Translations under genes and position numbers: made by a program | Notes under the pieces: model-generated | What the model saw: the letters and a program-made list of their open reading frames with translations, nothing else | Told to the model about the DNA's origin: nothing | Database searches by the model: none | Assembly (NCBI GenBank): GCA_037379345.1 | Contig: CM074514.1 | Location: forward strand, 1,922,001-1,986,000 | Origin: Perna viridis | Taxonomy: Eukaryota | DNA: 64,000 nt | Reading direction: 5' to 3' | Shown: positions 36,101 to 48,517 of the stretch, piece after piece | How positions within the stretch are numbered: the first letter of the stretch is position 1 | How the letters are laid out: each line of letters starts with the position of its first letter

Positions 36101-39100
36101 GTGGATTCAGTTAATCACAATGTTGGCCTTCTAAGTCCTCTACATTTTTACAAAGAAACATTTAACTCAGTTAAAGTTTATAACCAAAACAATTTTCAAA
36201 TTTGAAGTGAATTTTGATGGAGCTGTATGTTAAAATGGAATGCACACATCAATATTATGGGCTCTGTAAATAAAACGTTAACTTTTAGGCATTTTTACCA
36301 CTTTTTTTGCAGTTTTCTGTTGATGTTTGCTGCAGGCAATGAATAAAAATATATTTCATATGTAGACATTTTCTTTAAAAAAAATTGATTTTGTTTTAGG
36401 CCAAAAAAAAAATGTCTGTTTAGGGTTACATTCCTCCCAAAAATAGGGTAGGTAGGTAGGCATTTGCATTTTTTTTTTTTCATTTTATTTTTTCTCGACT
36501 AAAGTTGAGCCTATATTTGTAAAATAGCATCATGTTTAAGTCATGAAAGTAGATGGTTTTAAGTAGAAAATTTAAGTTTTAACATACGCACCTATTAATC
36601 ATATCTTTTATTACAATACACTTATTTTTTGTAGGAATTGTGAACAAAACATAAGTACACTGTATTTATGCTTAGATTTACGTGATATAAATCAGTCTCC
36701 TATTCAAATGCTATTGTGACCTGGTTTTAAACGTACTGTCGGTTTTACCGGAAATGATCCGTATTATACCGGAAATTGGCGGAAATTACTGAATTTGTTA
36801 ATTTTGGAGAAGAAATGTATTAGGGTTGGGAGAAAAAAATTAGGGTAGGTTGGGAAGCCCGAAACAGACATATTTTTTTTTGGCCTTATAAGGATTTTGT
36901 TAATCAAATGAGGCAATTTTTTTCTGAAGGATAATATGAAAAAATACAACAGTGCTATAATTTTTCAAAGCTTGAAAATGTAAACCAGATCTATAGAGAG
37001 TTGACTGGGCATCAGTTATATAAGGATTGACTGCTTTATTTTTTCAGTTTATGAAAAATAACCTCAAGAAAGTGGTGTACGTTAAATAAACTGCACAACA
37101 GGTTATTTTCACCACAGGCATTGAGGTTACCGATAATCAGGAGATATGTAGAAGTTAAAATTAAGAATGATTAAAGGAGTAAATGGATCTATCACTTTCA
37201 TGAATTTATGTCTTTTCTGATTTGTTGTTGTTTTATGACAGGAGTATATTACTGAGATTAGCATCACCAATGGTTCTATTGGCATCAATCTATGTAGAGA
37301 TCCTGAATGTAGATACACCTCCTGTCTGTGGTAATAAAAGATGGGATGACAGTTCATCTGGACTCACCAAGAAAATTGTTATCAAGGTTACATTTCTACT
37401 GATAAATTGTTATTACACATTCATTAATCTACTTTTGAAGACACTTACTTGAATGTATGTTTTTATGCATTAATGTGCATATTGATTTCACAAATATTAT
37501 AGTTTGACAATGTAATTTTACAACTGTACTTTTTGTACATTTTAAACAGTTTCATGAAAGCGCTATTTACATATACATTTGCACTATTATAAGACTCATC
37601 CCATATTTTGTTTAAAAAGAGATGCAATGAGGAAACACATGTACACTGAAAAGATAATATATATAAGAAAGATGTTCTGTGTTTCGGTGTTAGGAGAACT
37701 ACATAGGTCAGCATTATACAGATCTCATGTTCTCTGTTTCAGTGTTTGGAGAAATACATAGGTCAGCAGTTATACATATCTCATGTTCTCTGTTTCAGTG
37801 TTGGGAGAACTACATAGGCCAGCAGTTATACAGATCTCATGTTCTCTGTTTCAGTGTTTGGAGAAATACATAGGCCAGCAGTTATACAGATCTCATGTTC
37901 TCTGTTTCAGCGTTGGGAGAACTACATAGGCCAGCAGTTATACAGATCTCATGTTTTCTGTTTCAGTGTTTGGGAGAAAAACATAGGTCAGCAGTTATAC
38001 AGATCTCATGTTCTCTGTTTTAGTGTTGGGAGAACTACATACTTATACAGATCTCATATCTCATGTTCTCTGTTTCAGTGTTGGGAGAACTACATAGGTC
38101 AGCAATTATACAGATATCGTGTTCTCTGTTTCAGTGTTGGAAGAACTACATAGGCCAGCAGTTATACAGATCTCATGTCCTCTGTTCAGTGTTGGGAAAA
38201 CTATATAGTTATGCAGATCTCATGTTTTCTGTTTCAGTGTTGGGAGAACTACATGGGTCAGCAGTTATACAAATCTCATGTTCTCTGTTTCAGCGTTGGG
38301 AGAACTATATAGGCCAGCAGTTATACAGATCGCATGTTCTCTGCTTCAGTGTTTGGGAGAAATACATAGGTCAGCAGTTATACAGATCTCATGTTCTCTG
38401 TTTCTGTGTTGGGAGAACTACATAGGCCAGCAGTTATACAGATCTCATGTTCTCTGTTTCAGTGTTGGGAGAACTGCATAGGCCAGCAGTTATACAGATC
38501 TCATGTTCTCTGTTTCTGTGTTGGGAGAACTACATAGGTCAGCAGTTATACAGATCTCATGTTCTCTGTTTCAGTGTTGGGAGAACTACATAGGCCAGCA
38601 GTTATACAGATTGGCTCTCATGGATGTTATTGTTTCAATGTTTGTCATATTTTGTGGGAATTTTCCAAGAAAGTGAGTGGTTGTTTTACTATGGTATGAC
38701 TGGTAAAGATTAAATTTGCTGCGACTGGTCTTATGTAGAAATCTCACATAATAGTCTTTGTATTTTCAATTGCATGTCTGTAATTTTTTTCTCTATTTTA
38801 TAATGGTGAATAACGTGAACTATTTACTGTATGAATTGCATACCAATGTTAGTAATTCCTTTTGAGCAAAAGGAGAGGATAAATTGGCCACTTTTCACAT
38901 TTAAATGAGCATTATTTGATAGATATCAAATTTTTAGAGATTATGATAGATGCACTCAACATTGGAATCATTGGCCATCCATCCTTCATTCCATATGCCT
39001 TTGTGAATTTCACCACAATAGTTTGACTTCCAATTGTTTGGCTTGATTTCAAATTTGGTATGTGGCTTTATATGATGGACCATAAATTGTAAGGAGTTTT

Positions 39101-42100
39101 GGTTGCCGTCCAATATCAACTTCCTATATTAGAGAGGGTATACATAGCACAACTAAGTATACAACTTTATGTAAAGAATTGTAATGTTTATCAGGTTTTG
39201 TACTTAAATCATTCCATTTTGTATTTTAGATTGATATATGACAGATGGAAAAAATACCGCATTATAAAATTCCTTGGTCAACAAGAGTTTGATTTGCCTC
39301 GTAGTGTTGTAGATTTAGTTTATTCTCAGTATCTATGTTGGTAAGTATGTATAAGTAACAAAAAGTTACAACCTATTCCTTTATGCTATATTTTCTAGAA
39401 TTTTCATTTACATGTAATATAAATCTGAAATTCTCAAACTATAGGTAATAAGAGTGCACTGACTTGACGTAAAACTGATATACGAATGGGGCTTAAAACT
39501 CTGTGAAAATCCAAGGCTGTGCAAAGCATTTTATGTGGTTCAAGTCAGATTTGTATATCAAAGTTTTTGTCAAGTCAGTACACTGTTATTGTCTTTAAAC
39601 TTGGTTTTTTATTTTAAAATGACAACATCCTGGCAACATCAAAACAATGTAACATTTGTGATCTCACAACAGAAAGTTATATTAAGTCAGTTACCGTATA
39701 ACACTTGTAAATTTAGCATCAATGCATTTTGACTGCTCAGATAGAATGGTAAGATGCGTATACATCTATGTATGCTCCCAAGATACAGAATTGTAACCTT
39801 ATTTTAATCAGTGGCAAATTCCATGTAGGAGAAGAGGAAAAACCAAGAACATTTATATTTAAATAAAAAATATAGGTGCACAGTAGTTCAACTAACATTT
39901 ATTCTCTGAAAGTTACACTATTAATTAAGGAGTTTGGGAGAAGTTGTGGAAACAACTGTTTAAAGTCCATTGCCAAGTCCATTTTAGCTTGTGGGAACCC
40001 AAAATTCATTAAGAAAAAAAAATATTGAAATACCATTTATAGGTGTACCCTGACATTTCCTCATAATCAAACAGACATCCTTATCACTATATACCACCTC
40101 CCTCCAAATAAACATCTTTATTACTATATACCACCTCTCTCCAAATAAACATCTTTATTACTATATACCACCTCCCTCCAAATAGACATCTTTATTACTA
40201 TATACCACCTCTCTCCAAATAGACATCTTTATCGATATATACCACCTCCCTCCAAATAGACATCCTTATCACTATACACCACTTCCTCCAAATAGACATC
40301 ACTATATACCACCTCCCTCCAATCAGACATCCTTCTCACTCCAAAAAGACATTTTTATCACAATATACCAACTCCCTCCAAATAGACATCCTTATCACTA
40401 TATACTACCTCCCTCGAAATAGACATCCTTCTCACTCCAAATAGACATCCTTGTCACTATATACTACCTCCCTCCAAATAGACATCCATATCACTATATA
40501 CCACCTCCCTCCAAATAGACACCCATATCACTATATACCACCTCCCTCCAAATAGAGAAATATAATGAATGATAGGGAACAATGTAACTGAATGACAAGT
40601 ATGACATATCATTTCTCTGTTTACAAAGGTCTAGTCTCACCAATTATTAAAATTGAAACTTTATGATGTCATAAGGTATTATATTGCCTGACTTGATATA
40701 TTTGTCCATTAGTATTCAAGAACAGTTAACCATTATAAATTGTTTCAGTTTTTCTACCTAATGGTTGAGTGGAAAAATAAATATCATAACATGTCTAAAA
40801 TGTTGACAGTCTTTGTAGTCTATCCAAACATAAACTTCCCTCCCAATACCTGACCATTTACACATTAACATTTTAGATCTTACTATCAAAGTAGGTTAAC
40901 ATTTGTCAGGGAGATCTTACTATATAAGAAATGATGTGAATCATATACTTGGTACAAATCATTGATTTTTAAGTTTTCTTACAAAAGTGTGAATTGTTGT
41001 GATTGTTAATTTTTGTTATTTTTTGTGATTGTTAATTTTTGTTTATTGCAGGTTGGGAATGTTCTTTTGTCCCTGGATACCACTAATGACAGCTATAAAA
41101 TGTTTGATATTGTTTTACTTAAAGAAGGTAAGAAACTACACAATTACTGATCAATTTTATAAGTTCCAGATCTGCAGAATGTTTTATCTTTCAAGTTGCA
41201 ATGAATGACTGTTAGAACTATAAAATTTACATTAAACGATTCCCAAGGATATGAAGCATCTAGTAATTCACTTAGTCCATAGTGAAAAGAATTATAATGT
41301 AGTCATGTGAATCAGCTTTAGCCTTTATAGATTCTTTCGCTCTTGAGAATAGTTTTAAGATAATTCACTTTGAGAATATTATTTTCTGTTACAGTTAACT
41401 TTAATGCATAATTGTCGGCCTGAAGATCGACCGTACAGAACATCACGATCAGTATCTTTGTTTATGAGTGTTTTATTGTGGTCGTACATACTGGCAGTAA
41501 TCCCATTATTTTATGTTATCATGTCGTAAGTATCTCTATAAACAGTGTGTAATATCTTACCTAGAAGTCAGATTTCTTAGATACCCTGCAACTAATGTAC
41601 ATGTACTTCCCTTTTAATGCAATGATTAACAAATGGTTTTGGGTAATATCAGGAACATAATTCAATCAATATGTTTTTTTTTTTTTTCTCGTCGGAATAT
41701 AGCTGAAATATTGCTGCTCGGACATTAAACCCCAACAAACAAACGAACAAAATTTTTTTTTTCAGGATGCACAAAAAAGAATTTTTTCTTAGTTTTATAA
41801 TTACTAATGATAATGTTAGTGATGAGATACATAAAGTCATAGATTTCTATTGTTCTTGGTCATACATTGTACTCAGTTCTTGAATATCAATTTCAGATTG
41901 TCATAAAAATATTTTTTTAGATTTTAGAGCAAAAAATTGTAAAACTAACATATTATTTCACAGTTGAAGTCAAAAGTGTTGTGGACAAATTGTTAATGAT
42001 ACAAAAATATTCTTCATATTACTTACGAATTCAACAACAAAATGATGAAAATTATGATGCATATTTTCAGTTTTAATTACTGTGGAAAAAAGTTTTAAAC

Positions 42101-45100
42101 ATGCTATCTTTTATTAAACAAGAAATGCTTTTAGTAAGAAAAATTGAAATGTTAAGTGCCAATTTATTTTTTATTATATATGTTGCATGTATTTGTAATA
42201 CAGTGACACTAATGAATTTCAGGTTTACATTGAAGGTAAAGAGATGTCTGAGTTAATTGAGCATGTCATACACTTGACTGCATGAAGTTGTGAACACAAT
42301 GTTCTTTACTACTATTACAAAGGGGAGATAACTCCGTTGTCTTCGCTGTTATTTATCATGTTAATGAGATTCCATCTGTCTTACTTGTTCAATTTATCAA
42401 TCTTCCTTCTTTTCTCCTTTTAATTGATAACCAAATATTTTCTTTCTTATAAACAATTTTTATTTAAAGAAATAAAAGCAAAGATAAGTTGATGTTTTCA
42501 TGTTTCTTTCTTTCATCTCTTTAACTTGAAACTAAGTTTGGATGGTATTAAAAATAACCCAGTCTGTCCACTTGTTTGTCTATCCTGGTAGTACAACTAC
42601 CTCTTAACTTTAAAATGGAATTTTATAAGAAGATCGGACATCATATGTAAATTTCTGTGAAGGATAGTTTTGAGTGCCTGGTGTCTGCCAAGGGAGATAG
42701 TCCAACTTTAGGGTAAACTTGTTAGTGCATTTCCTCTTCAGCATAGGGAGGCAGTCATTAAATGTGGATGTGCATAGATTAAGATCATTTATGTCAGGTC
42801 ATTACTATGGCAGAGTATCCAACTTAACGGTTTAACATAATTTAAGTCCACTTGAAGTAGGGGATCTTGTTTTTGTGGTCACAGTATTTCTAGTGACAAG
42901 GACAAACATATTGTATAGGTGGTTACACTGGTGCATAGTTTAGTGTGCTGTTCTTTGAATTACTATAAGTGTAACAATGAACTTTGAGAGAGATATTTCT
43001 GTCCATTTATATGCCTCTTCAGCTTGATTTTTAGCTCAAATGGAAGAAATTAATGAAGAAATTGTTGCATTATATCTTTAAGTGTGTATGTTGTATCCTT
43101 AGTTCTTATAACTTTTCCAGAAATGAAGTGGATTTCGATGTCAAAATAATTCTCCACTACTAGATTGTTTTATATATGTACAATAATATGATATAACAGT
43201 ATAATTTATGCAAAACAAGTGACTAGCTACCTAAAAGTTTATCAACTGGCACAAGTTTTGGAAATCATTACTTTTATATCACTGAAAAATGAAAGACATT
43301 GACTCATGCCAGCTGCAGTACTGCATGATTGTTGTGTTGACCTGGTGTGTACAATTGTTGATTATTTCACTATTAGCCCTGTTGCATGACTGCCACAAAG
43401 CCTAACATTTTTATCGTCACTATTTCATTCTATGAGCTGTAAAGTGTACATGTTAAAGTAAAGAAGTACAAAATGTAGAACATGTAGGAAATATAATGAC
43501 CTTTGACATAGGTCAATTCTCTATCAATATATTACTGCTCCATAATGCTCTATTATATGCTGACATAGTTTATATACTGTAGTAACTTAAGGTGTATATG
43601 GCTGGATGTGAATGACACATCAACTCTTTTACACATTTCATTACAGTGGTACATGCTGATGTAGTTAATATATTTTAGTAACTTGTTTGTGTTGCTTGTT
43701 TATCAGACTGGATTATTATAGTTGTGTTCTCGTGGTTACTGAGAGATTTTTATATGTCTTTTTTTACAGTTATTGTAGTATACTGTTACCTCTATTGTTC
43801 AAACGGTAACTCAAAATTACTTCCAGTAATTCCTATGAAAACTGGGGTGAATTGTTTATTTCCATTGATGTAAGCATTTAATTTTTAATAATACCAAGTT
43901 CTAAGTTCACAAGTTATAGGATTATAGGATAATTTTTCTTTTGGTCTATCATTCCAAATCTGTACTTTCCATAGCATGTGCCTTCAGGGATGCATATTGT
44001 GGGGGAATGTATGGATAATCAAGTTAAGTCCAATCACCATTGGTCAATTCTTTTTTATTTGATTCGCTAAATTGTTTATGCAGATTGTCTTTGTTTCCTG
44101 TTCTAAAGTTTTGGTCATGTTCTTCGATTTTGATGTATCTGAATTGTCCCATTATTGATGCTTTGGTATTTTTTTGGGGCAGATATTTATAACTATATGT
44201 AGACAAGCTAAATAGAAACAGAGGTATCGTGTGCTGATGGCACAGTTCTTACAACTTTTCATATGTGTCAGAAACTATGCCATGTGAATAAATCACTTTC
44301 ACAATCTAAATTCAGAAAAGTATCAATCTTGAATTTAGTGTCCATACTTGAACATTTTGATCTGCAACCCTTTCTATTTATCTTTTTTATTGAAAATTGG
44401 TGAAGTTGAATAAATTTAAAAAACTTAATACCTATGGATTCAATCTGAACAGTTTTTCTAAATTGTGATGCCTACCAGTGCACCAAATTTTCATGAATAT
44501 ATTGAAAACTTAAGTTCTTTTCTTCTGTATTAATAGATTACAACCAAGCCAGAGTTGTGGACCATACAGACTGTATAATGACAAGGATGCTACGATATTT
44601 AATGCTGTAAAGTACCTAGTGAGAACATGGCCCAGTGGTGTCCAGAGCTTTCTTGCATATCTTTTTAGTGTTGGATTCTGGTCTGTTGTTATTGCAATAC
44701 TCATGTAAGAGAAATTCTACAATACTTAATAATTTCATTTTCACATATTTTGATATGACAGGCATGCAGGTTGATTTTAACTCCAGTTTAAGCTCTGCTT
44801 GACTCAAATATTGAAAGGAATGGGTGAAAAAAAATTCTAAGAGGTCATTAATATTTTACATAATGTTAAAACACTGATTAGAGGAAAGGGTTATTTATTT
44901 CAGATACAATATGTCAGAGGTGTTCTAGGTCTAGTTAGTTATCATTTAAAAGCACTAGTAATATTCATTTTAAATTTTCTTGGTTTTCATTGGTTTTCAA
45001 TGTTCAGCTGTAAATTATGATTCTAAATGAAATGTAAGTTGAAAATGTTGTTGATTAAATGAAATCCACAAGGAAAGTTTACCAACTGTATTAGTCAAAA

Positions 45101-46035
45101 AAATTATTATTTTGTAAGTAAGTTAGGTTATTTCCCTTGTGTTGTTATTCAGTTTGTTGATCTGTTATAGCTCTATCTTTATTTCAGTGTTACTTGTACA
45201 TGTATATGGATAATATTTATTGGTGGTCTGAAAGAGAAACAAAAATACCTTATTGATGAGGTATACTGGGTAAGATAAAATGATGTACACTAGTGCTAGT
45301 CCAGTCATTACAAATGATGTACACTAGTGCTGGTCCAGTCATTACAAGTGTTGTACACATAGTTTTCTGAACTTCAATCCTTACTTCATGTCACTAAACA
45401 GAAAGAAAAAGAATCATGTGTTTTTTTTAATTATAGAGGGTAAGATGTATCAGACTGATGGAAAAACAATCTAGGTTATGGGTTACTTGTACTTACCCTT
45501 GCTATACAATTCATACGTGACAGCAGTTCATTAAAAATGAATGAAAAGATTCAGCAAATCAACACAACAATCAATAATGGAATTATACTGAATATAAAGG
45601 TACAAATACATGTTCATTTATTTACCTGGGGTTAATAATTTGCATATTTTAGTTGCATGTATAACCACATTATTAAAATTAATTACAATACTTTTAAACT
45701 TTAAATTTCTACTCAACATTACCGGAAAATTTCAAACGTAATGATGTAGTAACAATAGATTATTTATTAACTTCACAAACTTTTTCGTCTTGATCCCTCA
45801 TCAGACATGCTACAAAAACTCTTCATGCATCAGAAATGCTACAAAAACTCTTCATGCATACAGATGATGTAAAAGAGTTCATATAAGTCCATTGTATTGA
45901 GTCATTTTCTATTGACAGGAAGCTAGAGATAAGAGGTACCTCATAAACCTACTGAGGGGTGAGAGGGATGAAGTAGAAGATTTATATCAACAGTATAAAC
46001 ACCTGAGGAGACATGATACTGAATCTAAATGTTAA
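30184..46035 (+). CDS. Transmembrane channel-like protein, TMC7-like, paralog B; 16 well-supported exons, ~825 codons, plus an uncertain first exon
   Basis: In-frame GT-AG exons: 30184-30547, 31471-31522, 32112-32193, 32570-32838, 33423-33739, 34508-34652, 35221-35382, 35806-35966, 37242-37386, 38575-38672, 39230-39340, 41052-41127, 41395-41525, 44537-44704, 45188-45269, 45919-46035 (TAA). Exon sizes 52, 82, 145, 162, 161, 98 and 76 nt are identical to paralog A, with the same phases. Motifs: LWANSIREIEGKYGMAIMTYFKFIRWL, VWAGWDFCI, CWENYIGQQLYRL, EFDLPRSVVDLVYSQYLCWLGMFFCPWIP, PSQSCGPYR, EARDKRYL. Confidence 0.93.
33735..33975 (+). repeat. 21-bp tandem repeat (~11 copies) starting at a TMC-B splice donor
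   Basis: First unit agaag|gtgtgtattctaccaa, drifting to agaaggggtgtattgcaccat. Confidence 0.9.
36398..36886. mobile_element. Non-autonomous TIR element (MITE-like), ~490 bp
   Basis: TIRs aggccaaaaaaaaaatgtctgttt / aaacagacatatttttttttggcct in T/A-rich flanks; subterminal tagggtaggt at both ends; no ORF. Confidence 0.7.
37672..38611 (+). repeat. 56/57-bp tandem array (~17 copies) of a TMC-B acceptor plus exon start
   Basis: Unit atgttctctgtttcag|tgttgggagaactacataggccagcagttatacagatctc, encoding CWENYIGQQLYR; the last copy is the true exon start at 38575. Confidence 0.96.
40068..40556. repeat. 37-bp minisatellite, ~13 copies, some internally deleted
   Basis: Unit aaatagacatccttatcactatataccacctccctcc. 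Confidence 0.93.
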
Positions 46036-48262
46036 TAATTCATCATCTTTGTTGTACATAACTGCTTAGGTGGTTGCTTCATGGATCTTCCACCCACATC
46101 AAGTCATCACATGATCGAGATGCTGCCTTAAGTAAAGACACAAAAGAAATTGTTACTATTTTCATGCTGCTTTATTTATGACACAAAAGAAAATCCCATA
46201 TTGACCCATCTGATTGTAAATATATGTGTACACTGTAGACTGAAGCTGTAATGAGCATCAGGTTTAATACATTGTTGCAACTGAAACAGATCCTTTTCAG
46301 ACATGCTGGTTAGTTAATCTGAAATAATTATCCCCATTAAATTTGTCTTTAATTGGTTCCATTTCAGGACTTTCCCTTCAGAACAATTGTTGATTGAACT
46401 GTTGTCTTTAAAGGAATTCTGGCTTGTTGAAAAATATGTGTGTGTATTTATCAAAAAGTTAAAAAAGTTGGAACAGGTTATTAGGTCAGTGACTTTGTAC
46501 TCAGGATGGACATTTCCAAGTTAAAGGAATAAAGACTGAATTTTTAATATGTTGTAGTTTTATACATATTATACTTAAGAATGTACAATTATTTTAATGT
46601 AAGTTTTGGTGCTTATACTTGTTTTCTATTATGTGACATTTATCATCCACACAGCATGTATGAGTTTATACAGTAATAGTTGTAGGAGGATTTATTTGAT
46701 TAAAACTTTAATTTCAAATTAAAAGGTTAAGGTACATTAATGGGTGAAATTGGCCTCTTCATATATGTGAAAATTTATTTTGTCTCATGCAAGGTTTTAT
46801 TTTCTGAATATAAGTGGTAAAATAGAAAGTGAAGTTGAACTTTCTGTACTTTCCAATTTAGTTGCTTTCAATTTTTGCTCAAATTGTAAACAAAAACAGA
46901 AAGTAAATTTGGTGGGTTAAGAATTGTGAAGGCATCTCAAATTAATTTTTTCCTGAAGATTTGTCAGCAAATGATAATGACAGGGCACCTGCTGTTGGAA
47001 ATAATTATGATTTGACTGTAATATTATAAGAAATAAGTTTTTTTAAATACATTTGCTAGGTATTCAATTTTATTGAGGTATGATAGTGTACTTTTAAGTG
47101 TTCTCATTACAAAATAAGACCATGTGTAAATGCTTGGAAAACTATGATATGATTTTCTGAAATACAAACTGCAGATTTCTAAAACTACTGTATGGATGTC
47201 CCCTGAAGCTTGCTTTTGGGGTTTTCGTTGTACTTGTATGTTCTGTACTGTATGTTATATAATGAACTTACCAGTAGACATTTTCTCAAGTTGATGATTA
47301 GAGGTCAAATTATCATCTTCATAAAGTGAAAATCTCAATGTTGACTTTATTTGTTAAGTAAAAAGAAGGTTGTATGTGGTCACGGAACATAATGTCTCTT
47401 GTAAAAATTCTGAGTGGTTGTTTTCATTATATTTTTGATCTTTTTTTTCTGAGTACATTTTTTAGAATTGTCTGTTAGTGAGTTTTCAGAAACAGAGTAT
47501 TTGCTATATATTTTATTTTTATTTATTTAAAGCTTTTGCTTTTTGATAACTCTTTTTATATTGCTTACTTCAATATGTATAGCTGAATTTGATTGATAAG
47601 ATCAACTGGTCTAAAATATTTTTCTGGCTGGTTTGTTCACAAAAATATCTTTACATGTGTATATGAGTGGGTGGTATATATGAATCACCTTTTCTGACCA
47701 TCATTCTTTATATAGATGTGGCATACATTGTAAGTGACTTTGGATGCTGTCTGATATTGACTTCCTGTACAAGTGGGGATATGCCTAGCAAGACTTTGCT
47801 CAAAAATTTTCTTCGCAAAGCAGTTATATCATGCTCCCCTTTTCAGGTTCCTCACTCATCTACTTCCTATATACTGATTGACTTCGTCATTTTTTATGCT
47901 GTACATAATAGAAATTTTCTTAACATATTTTTCTGCTTCTATACGAGGGAATGCTTAGATATTTGATATGATGCTTTTGCATGATGACTTTTACACAGTC
48001 TTCTCTTTTCAAGTTCCTTGCTTATCTACTTCCTGTTTAACCATAACCTCAGTGTCTCCCTTTCCAGGTTGAGTGGGGGTATTCTTAGAACAACATAGCA
48101 TGTAGCCTCTTGCTTTATTTATAGTTCTGGAAATCAGGTCAGATTAAGGAAATATTTAAGTGGAAATTTAAAAAATATTTTAAGTTTCATTCTTAATCAG
48201 AATCTTATTCTGTGTCAAACATTAAATCACAATCCAAACTCAGAACTGAATCAATCTTGTAT

Positions 48263-48517
48263 GTTGTGTCCCTTAGCTGTTATGGGTTGACCATTGCAGT
48301 TGTGTCCCTTAGCTGTTATGGGTTGACCATTTCAGTTGTGTCCCATAGCTGTTATGGGCTGAGCACTGCAGTTGTGTCCCTTAGCTGTCATGGTTTGACC
48401 ATTGCAGTTGTGTCACTAAGCTGTGATGGGTTGACCATTGCAGTTATGTCCCTTAGCAGTTATGGGTTGACCATTGCAGCTGTGTCCCTTAGCTGTTATG
48501 GGTTGACCATTGCAGTC
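48263..48517. repeat. 36-bp minisatellite, x7
   Basis: Unit gttgtgtcccttagctgttatgggttgaccattgca. Confidence 0.95.

Noticed and set aside
37839-38481. Repeated CWENYIGQQLYR blocks as a mutually exclusive exon cluster (Dscam-like)
   Set aside because: The copies contain only the first ~37 nt of the exon and have no convincing donor of their own, so they cannot act as complete alternative exons.
45770-45812. Minus-strand CTGATGAG-ggatcaagac-GAAA as a hammerhead ribozyme
   Set aside because: Stem II barely pairs and there is no NUH site or stem I partner; at most a decayed relic.
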